From contig OZ240211.1 of NCBI GenBank assembly GCA_965197525.1, forward strand, positions 1,728,001-1,792,000: a stretch of DNA of 64,000 nucleotides. Direction: 5' to 3'. The notes beneath the pieces were generated by a model. That model saw only the letters and a list, made by a program, of their open reading frames with translations, was not told where the DNA came from and did no database searches. Source of the stretch: Nitrosopumilus sp. Its GTDB lineage: Archaea > Thermoproteota > Nitrososphaeria > Nitrososphaerales > Nitrosopumilaceae. A program made the position numbers and the translations under genes. Shown here one piece after another: positions 29,343 to 39,316 of the stretch (within the stretch, counting starts at the first letter, position 1; each line of letters begins with the position of its first letter).

Positions 29343-29543
29343 ATGAGTCTTTTAGTTAAACCATGCACTTTTTGTGATAGACCAGTTGCCAAAGGTTCAG
29401 GTACCATGCTTGCCAAAAACGATGGAACTGTGCTCTGGTTTTGTTCTTCTAAATGCAAGAAAAATGCCTTGGTTCTCAGACGTGATCCACGAAAATTAAA
29501 GTGGACCAAAAAATACGTCAAGGGTGGAATTAGGAAGAAATAG
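29343..29543 (+). CDS. rpl24e: 50S ribosomal protein L24e
   Basis: CTFC...G.G.M...DG....FCSSKC...PRKLKWT. Confidence 0.97.
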   Translation: MSLLVKPCTFCDRPVAKGSGTMLAKNDGTVLWFCSSKCKKNALVLRRDPRKLKWTKKYVKGGIRKK

Positions 29544-29549
29544 TAAAAA

Positions 29550-29951
29550 TTGACTGAACAATCATTATTCATTGTAAAGCCCGATGCTGTATCCAGAGGA
29601 TTAGTAGGCCAAATTATATCACGGTTTGAGAATAAGGGATTTAAAATCTTAAAACTAAAAATGCTCACGTTTACGCAAGAACAAGCTGAATCATTTTACG
29701 CCATACACAAAACCAAACCGTTCTTTGACGAACTGATATCATTTATGAGATCAGGTCCTATAGTTGTGGCAGTCATCGAAGGCGATCATGCAATTGCTAC
29801 CACACGTATAATGGTTGGTGCAACAAAATCATTTGAGGCAGCCTCTGGTTCAATAAGGGGTGACTTTGGATTGGATGTAGGCGAGAATATCATTCATGCA
29901 TCAGACTCACAAGAAAGTTTTGAATATGAATCGAGGGTAGCATTTGAGTGA
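29550..29951 (+). CDS. ndk: nucleoside diphosphate kinase
   Basis: IVKPDAV, SGPIV, GSIRGDF, NIIHASDS. Confidence 0.97.
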   Translation: MTEQSLFIVKPDAVSRGLVGQIISRFENKGFKILKLKMLTFTQEQAESFYAIHKTKPFFDELISFMRSGPIVVAVIEGDHAIATTRIMVGATKSFEAASGSIRGDFGLDVGENIIHASDSQESFEYESRVAFE

Positions 29952-29957
29952 TCTGAT

Positions 29958-31742
29958 TTGCATATTCGTCAGCCCATAGTGGCAGTTTTAGGTCATGTAG
30001 ACTCTGGAAAGACGTCCCTTCTTGACCGTATTCGCGGCACAGGTGTTCAAGGCAGGGAAGCGGGAGGAATTACACAGCACATTGGCGCAAGTTTTCTTCC
30101 AACATCTGTAATTCAAGAGACCTGCGGCGTACTGTACAAAAAACTTGAACAGAATTCAGTCAACCAAGTTCCAGGACTGCTAGTCATTGATACGCCAGGC
30201 CACGAGGTATTTACAAATCTTCGTACACGTGGCGGATCTGCTGCTGATATTGCCATTCTTGTAGTCGATGTCAATCGTGGGTTTCAACCTCAGACAAATG
30301 AGAGTTTGTCCATACTTCAGAACAGAAAGGTGCCGTTTGTTGTTGCATTAAACAAATGCGATCAGATATCCGGATGGCGCAAATCAGAGACACAGTTTAT
30401 CTCACAGGCAATAAAAGAGCAGGATGCATCAGTACAAGCTGATTTAGACCAAAAAATTTATGATGTTGTAGGCACCTTGTCGATTTTGGGATACAAGTCA
30501 GAGGCATTCTTTCGTATCAAGGATTTCAAGTCCGAGATTGCCATAGTTCCAATCTCTGCAAGATCTGGTGTTGGTATCCCTGAATTATTAAGCGTACTTG
30601 TGGGTCTGACACAGCAATATCTTCAAAAACGACTAAACCAAGAGGAGAAGGAGCCGCGTGGCATAGTGCTTGAGGTAAAAGACGAGACTGGTATGGGGCA
30701 GACTGCAAACGTCATCTTAATTGACGGCACTATAAAAAGAGAGAATAGTGTTGTTGTTGCAAAGCGTGATACGGTTGTATCTGCGAAACTCAAAGCTATA
30801 CTCCTCCCAAAACCTCTTGATGAGATGCGTGACCCTCGTGACAAGTTTAAACCTGTATCTCAAGTAGATGCAGCAGCAGGCCTGAAACTTGTGTCAAATG
30901 AACTTGACGGTGTTCTCCCTGGGAGTACGTTGTATGTAGCGCAAAATGATTCAGAAGTTCAAAGATTCACAAAACTAATTGAATCAGAGATGAAGTCCGT
31001 ATTTCTTGATACACAGACAACTGGAGTCATTATCAAATGCGACACTATTGGGTCACTTGAGGCAGTAACTGAGATGCTCAAACGTTCTCAGGTTCCCATC
31101 GCCAAGGCAGACATTGGTTTTGTTACTAGGAGAGATGTAATCGATGCTAAAGCAATAAAAGAGAAGGACAGACACCGTGGCGTTATACTGGCCTTTAACG
31201 TAAAGGTGCTCCCTGATGCCAAAGATGAAGCAGAGATGAGTCACATCAAACTCTTTGAGGAAAAGGTGATTTACAACTTGATTGACACATATAACCAATG
31301 GGTGATAGATGACTCTACACATGAAGAAGATGCAATATTTGCAGAATTGACTCCGATATCCAAATTTACTTTTCTCAAAGGGATGGTGTTTCGAAATAAT
31401 AATCCTGCAGTATTTGGCATACATGTGGATGTAGGGACTTTGAGACATAAGATTCCGTTTATGAACATGTCCGGACGCAAAGTAGGTTACATCCATCAAC
31501 TTCAGTTAGATAAAAAGACCGTCTCCTCTGCCCAAGCGGGAGACGAGGTTGCATGTTCTGTCAAGGACGTTACAATTGGAAGACAAATCTATGAAGAAGA
31601 AGTCTACTATACGTTTCCTCCATCGCACGAAGCAAAAGCCTTACTCTCCAAATTCATGCACAAGTTAACATCAGAGGAGCAATTAATCCTGACTGAGATA
31701 GTGCGAATTCAACGAGCAATAGAACCCGTGTATGCTTATTGA
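29958..31742 (+). CDS. infB: translation initiation factor aIF5B (IF2)
   Basis: RQPIVAVLGHVDSGKT, GGITQHIGA, DTPGHE, NKCD. Confidence 0.97.
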   Translation: MHIRQPIVAVLGHVDSGKTSLLDRIRGTGVQGREAGGITQHIGASFLPTSVIQETCGVLYKKLEQNSVNQVPGLLVIDTPGHEVFTNLRTRGGSAADIAILVVDVNRGFQPQTNESLSILQNRKVPFVVALNKCDQISGWRKSETQFISQAIKEQDASVQADLDQKIYDVVGTLSILGYKSEAFFRIKDFKSEIAIVPISARSGVGIPELLSVLVGLTQQYLQKRLNQEEKEPRGIVLEVKDETGMGQTANVILIDGTIKRENSVVVAKRDTVVSAKLKAILLPKPLDEMRDPRDKFKPVSQVDAAAGLKLVSNELDGVLPGSTLYVAQNDSEVQRFTKLIESEMKSVFLDTQTTGVIIKCDTIGSLEAVTEMLKRSQVPIAKADIGFVTRRDVIDAKAIKEKDRHRGVILAFNVKVLPDAKDEAEMSHIKLFEEKVIYNLIDTYNQWVIDDSTHEEDAIFAELTPISKFTFLKGMVFRNNNPAVFGIHVDVGTLRHKIPFMNMSGRKVGYIHQLQLDKKTVSSAQAGDEVACSVKDVTIGRQIYEEEVYYTFPPSHEAKALLSKFMHKLTSEEQLILTEIVRIQRAIEPVYAY

Positions 31743-32173
31743 TTTGAATGCTTTTTACATATCATATGTATTCCGGGCGCCCCTACAGCTCCCATCATCT
31801 TGTCTACTATCTGTCCTGATTTGAACATGATAAATGTAGGAATTGACTGTACTGCAAATCTCTGTGCAATATCTTGGTTTTGGTCTACGTTGACCTTGGC
31901 AAATCTTACGTTTGAGTATTTTTTTGAGAGACTTTCAAATATTGGATGCATGGATTTGCATGGACCGCACCATTCTGCCCAAAAATCTACTAGGGTGGGA
32001 TTTTCAGCCGATATGGTTTGATCAAAATTCATCTTATCTAGTTCCACAACTCCAAGTGGAATTTTGAATTTCTGTTTTTGTTTTAGCATCTCTGTTAGCT
32101 TTTCTTGCATCAATCTTGCAATCTCTGGGTCCTCTCTATTTTCTTTAAAATTTTCATCCCAGTTAGTTGACAA
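31736..32173 (-). CDS. thioredoxin with N-terminal extension
   Basis: DFWAEWCGPC, SIPT. Confidence 0.92.
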   Translation of the reverse strand: MSTNWDENFKENREDPEIARLMQEKLTEMLKQKQKFKIPLGVVELDKMNFDQTISAENPTLVDFWAEWCGPCKSMHPIFESLSKKYSNVRFAKVNVDQNQDIAQRFAVQSIPTFIMFKSGQIVDKMMGAVGAPGIHMICKKHSNQ

Positions 32174-32221
32174 CGCATATTTGAGATGCAGTCTATTAAA
32201 AAAATCTATGCTGCTATTGTG

Positions 32222-32368
32222 TTATTTGTCATCTGTATTTATTGGAACTTCTTCAAATCTTCTTGATTTACAGATTGGGCATTGATCAATATATTTTGTA
32301 AAACTGACTGAGGTATATGCAATCCCACATTCACCGCAAATCCTGAGATTTTTACTCATCTTGCTCAT
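32222..32368 (-). CDS. small zinc-finger protein (48 aa)
   Basis: Not in the track. MSKMSKNLRICGECGIAYTSVSFTKYIDQCPICKSRRFEEVPINTDDK has two CxxC pairs. Confidence 0.7.
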   Translation of the reverse strand: MSKMSKNLRICGECGIAYTSVSFTKYIDQCPICKSRRFEEVPINTDDK

Positions 32369-32413
32369 GCTATATACCCTCAAAATTTATTGGGATTAAA
32401 ACTTTACAATGAG

Positions 32414-35400
32414 TTACCACCATTGCCATATCGATTTCTCCTCTTGTATATCAATAATTATGGTACATACTCCTTCAATCAGTTTTGTTCCTGGGCCGCA
32501 GATTCCAATTTTTTTGCCAGTATCTGCTGAATTTGCTGTTGTTCCTGGCGTCTCTAACCCGACTGCCTGATAAATGGACTTGTACTCTGGGAAATTCTCA
32601 TCAAACCACGCCTTGTAGGTTGGCTCGCTGTTATACCTGTCTACATAGGTCTGTGGGTCTATTGTTACATCTACAAACACTGCTAGCGGAACCGGCGTCT
32701 CTAACCCGACTGCCTGATAAATGGACTTGTACTCTGGGAAATTCTCATCAAACCACGCCTTGTAGGTTGGCTCGCTGTTATACCTGTCTACATAGGTCTG
32801 TGGGTCTATTGTTACATCTACAAACACTGCTAGCGGAACCGGCGTCTCTAACCCGACTGCCTGATAAATGGACTTGTACTCTGGGAAATTCTCATCAAAC
32901 CACGCCTTGTAGGTTGGCTCGCTGTTATACCTGTCTACATAGGTCTGTGGGGCTGCGGTTTTATCGACAAATATTGCAATCCCCAACTCGTTTGATTTTG
33001 GTGATTGTGGTGATGGTGGCTGAGATGATGATGATGTTACTGACGATGATGACGATGTTGTTGTTGATGACACCTCTTCAACATCATTGACTGTAACTGT
33101 TACTGACTCTCTATCTATGAGATCATTTCTTTTTGCAACTATGTCAAATGTGTATGTTTCTCCTCCATTAGAGTCTCTTGGAGTCCATGAAAATACGCCT
33201 CCTCTTTCTGTGATTTCTGCGCCTGCTGGCACGTTCCCTTCCAGATTATATTTTACATTTTGTGTAACTGAATTAGATGATAATTTTACTGTGAATGATA
33301 ATCTTCTATCAGCATCTATCGTCTTTGTATTTATTGATATAATCTGTATAATTGGGAGTTTTGGCGTTACTGATGTTTCATTTGACGCCACGCTTGTTCC
33401 TATACTGTTTATAGCTGAGACTTTATATGTGTATTCTGTGTCTGCCGTACGTCCGGTATGAGTGTACTCTCTTGTAGTATTATCTGTATCCTCAACTAGT
33501 ATCCTGTAAGATCTATTGCCTTCTTTTATTTCAATCTTGTAACCTGTGATTGCAGAATTTCCATCGTTTGCTGGCAAACTCCATGTTAGTTTAATCTCAG
33601 TTGATGATGCTGCAGTAGCTGTTAATCTTGTAGGAGCTGATGGTTCTGTTGTTGGAGTTATAGTTACAGTTGTTGGTTTTACGTACGTATCTTCATCCGA
33701 ATCACTTCTAGGCGTTGCTGTTGCTTCATTTGATGACTGGGTTGTTCCGAATCCAACTTTTGCATTAACACTATACGTGTATGATGTATCAGTTGTTAGG
33801 CCTGTTATCACAAACGTTAGTGTGTTACTGTTGTTTGTCTCTCCCACCATATGCGTTTTTTCAGAAGAAAACACCCTTACAATTTCGTAACCATCTATTG
33901 TTTGCCCATATGTGTTGGATGGTGGAAGCCATGTTAGTCTTATCTCGGTAGGTGAGATTGCAGTGGCAGTTAAGGCGTTAGGTGTTTCTGTATCTGCTGG
34001 TTGTACTGCCTGTGTTGTTACTTTGTTGCTTTCCCCTTGAGAGTTAACTGAGTAGACGCGATATGTATACTTGGTATTTTCATCAAGTCCGTCATGGATG
34101 AATGACGTTGCAGCACTTTTAGTATTCTCTGTAATTGTTACATAATTTTCAGAACCTGTTTTGTATTCGATATAATATCCTGAGATTTTAGGAGTATTCT
34201 TAGCTTGTGTTGGCTCGTCCCATGTGAGTACTATCGCGGTTTTAGAAATTGGTAGTGCTTTTAGGTTGATTGGTTTTGCTGGCAGATTGGATGACGAAGA
34301 CGAAGATGATGACGACGAAGATGATGACGACGAAGATGACGAAGACGAGGATGATTCTCCTAAACTAAACACTTGAATCCTATCATTGTTTGAATCTGCT
34401 ACAAACAGTTTTTCATTTTCTGGATCTAATGCAATTCCAGTTGGAGTATTAAATCTCCCATCTCCCGTTCCAGTTCTTCCAAACTCTTCTACAAAGCAGA
34501 CTCCGTTGATTATCTCATCAGTTCCAGTTGGACAAGTATTGCCATTGATCATTTCAAATATTTGAATCCTGTCATTAGCTGAATCTGCAACATACAATAA
34601 ATTACTAGTAGAATCAAATGCTAATCCTCGTGGCACGTCAAATTCCCCTATATCGTCACCTCTATCTCCAAAAGCATCTACAAAGCAGACTCCGCTAACC
34701 ACTTCTTCAGTATCGCTTGGACATGACCCCCTTACCAATTCAAATATGACAATTCTGTTGTTTCCTGTATCTGAGACGTATAATCTATCCTCTGTGCTAT
34801 CAATTATCATATTTGTTGGTCCATCAAGTCTGTCTCTATCGAATCGCTTTACTTCAACTTCACTTTGAAATTCTCCATCTCTATCTTCATCAAATATTGA
34901 TATAGTGTCTTTCTCGCTGTCTGATACTAGAATTTTATCCGGGCTTGAATTGTACCATACAATTCCACTTGCTGAATCAAAATATCCATCATCTCCGTTA
35001 TTTGAACCCCACTTTGCATCAAATCTCCAGCTACGCTCATCAAATTTTTGAATTCTGTCATTCCCTGAATCTACAACAAAAAATGCGCGTGAGTTATCTC
35101 TTGTGATGCTAATTGGGTTGTTAAACTCTCCATCTCCGTTCTCTTTTGCTCTGGGAGCATCAGTACTGCAGTCATCGGGATTACTCTCAATCTCACAAAG
35201 CTTTCCATAATTGGCCTCGTGTTGTCCTTCATTGTTAAATACACTAATTCTATGATTATTTCTATCTACTACATAGATCTTTTCTCCGTCTTTATCTAAT
35301 ATTACATCTACAGGATAGTCCAATGAATCTCTTCTTTCAGTTGTGCTAAATTCTAGCAGAAATTCTGGCTCTGCATATGCAAATTGTATGAATAATGTTA

Positions 35401-35443
35401 TACAAAATATGAATATAACACCGCCAATTATTTTATTTTCCAA
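32414..35443 (-). CDS. secreted NHL beta-propeller + FN3 + cadherin-like protein with C-terminal tandem repeats
   Basis: Signal peptide, NHL repeats (YVADSANDRIQIF), 22-Ser linker, three FN3 domains (LTW...Y.I...YTY.V), SWTP cadherin-like domain, three YVDRYNSEP repeats. Confidence 0.9.
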   Translation of the reverse strand: MENKIIGGVIFIFCITLFIQFAYAEPEFLLEFSTTERRDSLDYPVDVILDKDGEKIYVVDRNNHRISVFNNEGQHEANYGKLCEIESNPDDCSTDAPRAKENGDGEFNNPISITRDNSRAFFVVDSGNDRIQKFDERSWRFDAKWGSNNGDDGYFDSASGIVWYNSSPDKILVSDSEKDTISIFDEDRDGEFQSEVEVKRFDRDRLDGPTNMIIDSTEDRLYVSDTGNNRIVIFELVRGSCPSDTEEVVSGVCFVDAFGDRGDDIGEFDVPRGLAFDSTSNLLYVADSANDRIQIFEMINGNTCPTGTDEIINGVCFVEEFGRTGTGDGRFNTPTGIALDPENEKLFVADSNNDRIQVFSLGESSSSSSSSSSSSSSSSSSSSSSNLPAKPINLKALPISKTAIVLTWDEPTQAKNTPKISGYYIEYKTGSENYVTITENTKSAATSFIHDGLDENTKYTYRVYSVNSQGESNKVTTQAVQPADTETPNALTATAISPTEIRLTWLPPSNTYGQTIDGYEIVRVFSSEKTHMVGETNNSNTLTFVITGLTTDTSYTYSVNAKVGFGTTQSSNEATATPRSDSDEDTYVKPTTVTITPTTEPSAPTRLTATAASSTEIKLTWSLPANDGNSAITGYKIEIKEGNRSYRILVEDTDNTTREYTHTGRTADTEYTYKVSAINSIGTSVASNETSVTPKLPIIQIISINTKTIDADRRLSFTVKLSSNSVTQNVKYNLEGNVPAGAEITERGGVFSWTPRDSNGGETYTFDIVAKRNDLIDRESVTVTVNDVEEVSSTTTSSSSSVTSSSSQPPSPQSPKSNELGIAIFVDKTAAPQTYVDRYNSEPTYKAWFDENFPEYKSIYQAVGLETPVPLAVFVDVTIDPQTYVDRYNSEPTYKAWFDENFPEYKSIYQAVGLETPVPLAVFVDVTIDPQTYVDRYNSEPTYKAWFDENFPEYKSIYQAVGLETPGTTANSADTGKKIGICGPGTKLIEGVCTIIIDIQEEKSIWQWW
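32550..32955 (-). repeat. 147-bp tandem repeat (49 aa), about 2.8 copies
   Basis: GTCTCTAACCCGACTGCC begins at 32550, 32697 and 32844. Confidence 0.92.
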
Positions 35444-35534
35444 TTAACTAGTTTGTTTTTTAAATCTAATAAACAAAATAGTAAATATCATTGTCCATTT
35501 GATTAATTGTACTTTACAATATTTTATGATTTTA

Positions 35535-37439
35535 TTACATCTTGATGTATTTTTTGGCCTTGAAGATTATAACTGCAGGTGCTGCTATATACATTCCAAC
35601 ATTCATTAGGATTACTCCGATTCCGTATCCTAATACCTCTGTTTCAGATTCTGCATGTGACATTATGGCCAATGATGACAATAGTGGAGTTATTGTTACT
35701 TTTATCATCTCTTTGAATACCGGGTTTGCTCTTTCCATATCTGCAATTGTTGGTGAGAATGAATAGTACAATTGATTAAAACCAGTCATAAATAATGTTC
35801 CTGAATCTGTATCCATTAACTGATTGTCTCTAATCTCTCTGAGAAGTTGAACTTGTGGTGCTAACTCTGAACCGTATGCGGCAGTTGCAATTAGACAACC
35901 CCCGCTTTTAGGTTGTTCTACAATCAGACAATATCCATCAACAAGGTCTGTCCCTTCTCCACATTCTCCAATCTCTAGTTCTCCGGCTCCATCCTTTGCA
36001 GTCATCGCTGCGGGGTCTTCTAATCCCACTGCTTCATAAATTGATTCATACTCTGGATAATTCTCATCAAACCATTCTTTGTATGCCGGTTCACTGTTAT
36101 ATCTATCCACATAACTCTGTGGATCTACTGCCTCATCTACAAACGCCGCTAATGGAACTGGTGTTTTTAACCCTACTGCTTCATAAATTGATTCATACTC
36201 TGGAAAGTTCTCATCAAACCACTCTTTGTATGCAGGCTCGCTGTTATATCTATCCACATAACTCTGTGGATCTACTGCCTCATCTACAAACACTGCTACC
36301 GGAGCTGATGGTTCGACTTCTGCTACCGGAGCTGATGGTTCGACTTTTGCTACTGGAGACGGTGTTTCTAACCCTACTGCTTCATAAATTGATTCATACT
36401 CTGGAAAGTTCTCATCAAACCACTCTTTGTATGCAGGCTCACTGTTATATCTATCCACATAACTCTGTGGATCTACTGCCTCATCTACAAACACTGCTAC
36501 TGAGGCTGCTGCTCTGACTTCTGCTACTGGAGTTGGTGTTTCTAACCCCACTGCCTCATAAATTGATTCATACTCTGGATAATTCTCATCAAACCATTCT
36601 TTGTATGCCGGTTCACTGTTATATCTATCCACATAGCTCTGCGGATCTGCCGTCTTGTCAACAAATGCTGCAACACCTAATTCTCTTGGTTTTTGCGGTT
36701 CTGTTGACTCGACTGGTTTTTGCCTCTCTTCTACTGGTTCAACTTGTCCCTGATTAACCGTTACTTGAATAGTCTCTCTATCCTCAACAGGTCCTACATT
36801 TACAACTATGTCAAATATGTGTCCGCCTACTTGTGAACTAGTTGGAGTCCAAGAAAACACTCCTGTATTGCTGTTAATTGTTGCACCTTTTGGCTCGTTA
36901 ACTAAACTATATGTCTCACTGATCTCTGACTCTGTTATGCTTGCTGTAAACGTTAGTCTTTCTGTTGCATCTATCTGCTTGCTTCCAATTGGTTCTAAGA
37001 TCACATCAAAATTTCCTAGTGTTGTAAGTTTCTTGCCATCATTTATTACTTCAATGATTATGGCGTCATCTTTTTGTGATGTGAACACGTCAATTGTATA
37101 TGTACCCTTGTCATCAAAATATTCAGATGCTGTTAGAAGTATTGAAAATTTTTTACTATCATCGGTTTGTACTCGTTTTTGTTCAGGCGCTTTGATGCCG
37201 GGGCCATCAATAAATACATTAACCCATACTCTATCTTCCTCTGTAACTGTTCCTGAAACAGTGAAACTGCCGTCAATTAAAAACACATCTTTGTCAATCT
37301 CTGCATGACTAACTACTGCAAAAGCTGGAACATTTATCATGATTCCCAACCCCATTATAATTACCAAAGAACAAACTGTAATGGTTGTTATTTTTCTACC
37401 CACAATGATTTCTTGCGAGCTGAGACTTTTAAAAAACAC
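35535..37439 (-). CDS. secreted cadherin-like protein with four YVDRYNSEP repeats and CFI-box-CTERM anchor
   Basis: Signal peptide, NTGVFSWTP domain, four DPQSYVDRYNSEPAYKEWFDEN repeats, C-terminal GGCLIATAAYGSELAPQVQLLREIRD plus TM. Confidence 0.9.
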   Translation of the reverse strand: MFFKSLSSQEIIVGRKITTITVCSLVIIMGLGIMINVPAFAVVSHAEIDKDVFLIDGSFTVSGTVTEEDRVWVNVFIDGPGIKAPEQKRVQTDDSKKFSILLTASEYFDDKGTYTIDVFTSQKDDAIIIEVINDGKKLTTLGNFDVILEPIGSKQIDATERLTFTASITESEISETYSLVNEPKGATINSNTGVFSWTPTSSQVGGHIFDIVVNVGPVEDRETIQVTVNQGQVEPVEERQKPVESTEPQKPRELGVAAFVDKTADPQSYVDRYNSEPAYKEWFDENYPEYESIYEAVGLETPTPVAEVRAAASVAVFVDEAVDPQSYVDRYNSEPAYKEWFDENFPEYESIYEAVGLETPSPVAKVEPSAPVAEVEPSAPVAVFVDEAVDPQSYVDRYNSEPAYKEWFDENFPEYESIYEAVGLKTPVPLAAFVDEAVDPQSYVDRYNSEPAYKEWFDENYPEYESIYEAVGLEDPAAMTAKDGAGELEIGECGEGTDLVDGYCLIVEQPKSGGCLIATAAYGSELAPQVQLLREIRDNQLMDTDSGTLFMTGFNQLYYSFSPTIADMERANPVFKEMIKVTITPLLSSLAIMSHAESETEVLGYGIGVILMNVGMYIAAPAVIIFKAKKYIKM

Positions 37440-37482
37440 GTATAATTTTTTCTATTAGTTTGCTAATAAATATTCACAAACT

Positions 37483-37905
37483 CTACAGATCCAGCAAAAA
37501 TCTCATGTATACTTTTGCTTTATCTTGTTTTATCTCCATATCATAAAATGTAGGAGCTTTGATCTCTACCTTGAAATTATGTTTTTTAATGTCAAGTGGT
37601 TCTCCAAATGCTTTTGCATTGATTTGATAACCTTTTGTATTATTTTGAATATCACACTCTATCCTCTTTATTGCAAATCCTCTGGTAATTAGAATAAATG
37701 GTATCTCTTCGAGCCAGCTGAACAAAAGATATCGCAGATCTTTTCCATTAGCAGAAAACTCTATCTGATCCTTCTCTTCTACCGTATCTTTATCTAATGT
37801 GATGTTAATTTCTGCGTCAGCTGCAACTAAAAACGCTTCTTTGAGATCTTTTGCCGTGATCTCTACTATGGCATCAGTTGCATGATCTAAAAACTTGTAA
37901 CTCAT
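37483..37905 (-). CDS. archease
   Basis: YKFLDHATD, LFSWLEE, VEIKAPTFY, RFLLDL. Confidence 0.95.
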   Translation of the reverse strand: MSYKFLDHATDAIVEITAKDLKEAFLVAADAEINITLDKDTVEEKDQIEFSANGKDLRYLLFSWLEEIPFILITRGFAIKRIECDIQNNTKGYQINAKAFGEPLDIKKHNFKVEIKAPTFYDMEIKQDKAKVYMRFLLDL

Positions 37906-37944
37906 CTAAATATTGCCATCATTTGATTAATGTAAATGGTTCTT

Positions 37945-38310
37945 TTACTGCGCTTTCTCATCTGTCTCGATAATACCAAACATGTTTCCTTCTGTGTCTG
38001 CACATTGGGCATACCATCCTACTTTTGGAATTGGTACTTTTGGAACAATTATTTCTCCACCTTGAGCAATAATTTTCTTTGAAAATTCATCAACTGATGA
38101 AACAGAGATGGTGGTGGTTATTCCTAGATGTCCCGGAGTTCTGTTTGTTAACCCTCCGTCAATTCCAGGTTCTTTGTCTCCAGTCTTTATCATCCAGTAA
38201 TTTGTAGGTCCGTCCCATTTTGTAAACTCCCAATCAAAGACTTTGCTGTAGAATTTTTGTGTTCGTTGTATATCATCAGATGGAATCTGAAAATGTGTTA
38301 TTCTTGGCAA
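37945..38310 (-). CDS. VOC/glyoxalase-family protein
   Basis: HFQIPSDD..R..KFYSKVFDW...DTEGNMFGI. Confidence 0.92.
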   Translation of the reverse strand: MPRITHFQIPSDDIQRTQKFYSKVFDWEFTKWDGPTNYWMIKTGDKEPGIDGGLTNRTPGHLGITTTISVSSVDEFSKKIIAQGGEIIVPKVPIPKVGWYAQCADTEGNMFGIIETDEKAQ

Positions 38311-38469
38311 TATCTGTTTTATCTACATTGATTATTTAAAAGTACAATATACGGTTGTACGTTTTGTTATTTTCACTTTTGATAAAGCAATTTAATTTAC
38401 GGGGCACTGTGTTCTAAATCAATCCACCTGTAAGATCATCTGCTGGTATCTTTGTGAACATTTTTAGTC

Positions 38470-39126
38470 TCACTGTGTTGATAGCGCAGCGCTTCCAAAC
38501 AATACACTAAATGGTTCACACCACACTAAAACTTTGTTGTATTTGTCTAGATCAGTACCGTCCGGAATCACGTAGTTCTGATTTCCTTGATTTGCCTTGA
38601 GTTTCCCTAGACTAATGTAATCTGTTGCTCTGGTATCTGTTGAAAGGTATAGATACAAACCGGGACCGTTGGTAGATCTAAACTCTTCTAATCTTAGTAC
38701 ACTGCTCCCGTCTTCTAATGGTATTGTGTATACAGTTCCTTCTGCATTATGAATTCCGTCATTAACTCCAACAAAGTCGCCTACATATGATCTTACCGTC
38801 ATCTCAAATTCACTTGATGGATCAGTTATCATCTGATCTGCCATTGTATCACTCATTACTGACTCATCACCCTCCATCATCATCTCCTCATCACCCTCCA
38901 TCATCATCTCCTCATCACCCTCCATCATCATCTCCTCATCACCCTCCATCATCATCTCCTCATCACCCATCATGGCATCATCGGTTTTTGACTCAATAAT
39001 GGCACCTTCTGGTATTGCCTCATCAATAGTTGATTCTGTAAAATATGGTGATACTGCATACACTGTAATTCCTCCAATAATTATAATTGCTATAATTGCA
39101 ATAGGTAATCCCTTACTCATAATCAC
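38470..39126 (-). CDS. DM13 domain membrane-anchored protein with Met-rich repeat
   Basis: N-terminal TM; GDFVGV..HNAEG, GPGLYLYL, LKANQGNQNY, VWCEPF (DM13). Confidence 0.88.
   Translation of the reverse strand: MIMSKGLPIAIIAIIIIGGITVYAVSPYFTESTIDEAIPEGAIIESKTDDAMMGDEEMMMEGDEEMMMEGDEEMMMEGDEEMMMEGDESVMSDTMADQMITDPSSEFEMTVRSYVGDFVGVNDGIHNAEGTVYTIPLEDGSSVLRLEEFRSTNGPGLYLYLSTDTRATDYISLGKLKANQGNQNYVIPDGTDLDKYNKVLVWCEPFSVLFGSAALSTQ
38863..38968 (-). repeat. 24-bp coding minisatellite x4.4 (MMMEGDEE)
   Basis: CTCATCACCCTCCATCATCATCTC repeated four times perfectly, plus a partial copy. Confidence 0.95.
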
Positions 39127-39316
39127 AATTTGTAATATTACTATAAAACCTGTTCTCCAATTTTGACTCTAATTCCGTATGTGGTATATGTGCAGTTTTA
39201 CCTTTTTATGTCAAAATAATGCCTCAATAATTTCTAGATTCGTAGAGCCTACAATCCTTCATAGTCATTATAATTACTCGTAAGGTAATTTAATAAGATC
39301 TTCTTGTCTGAATTAA

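Noticed and set aside
32550-32955. 147-bp repeats as a mobile or non-coding repeat
   Set aside because: They are in-frame protein repeats of the 1009-aa gene.
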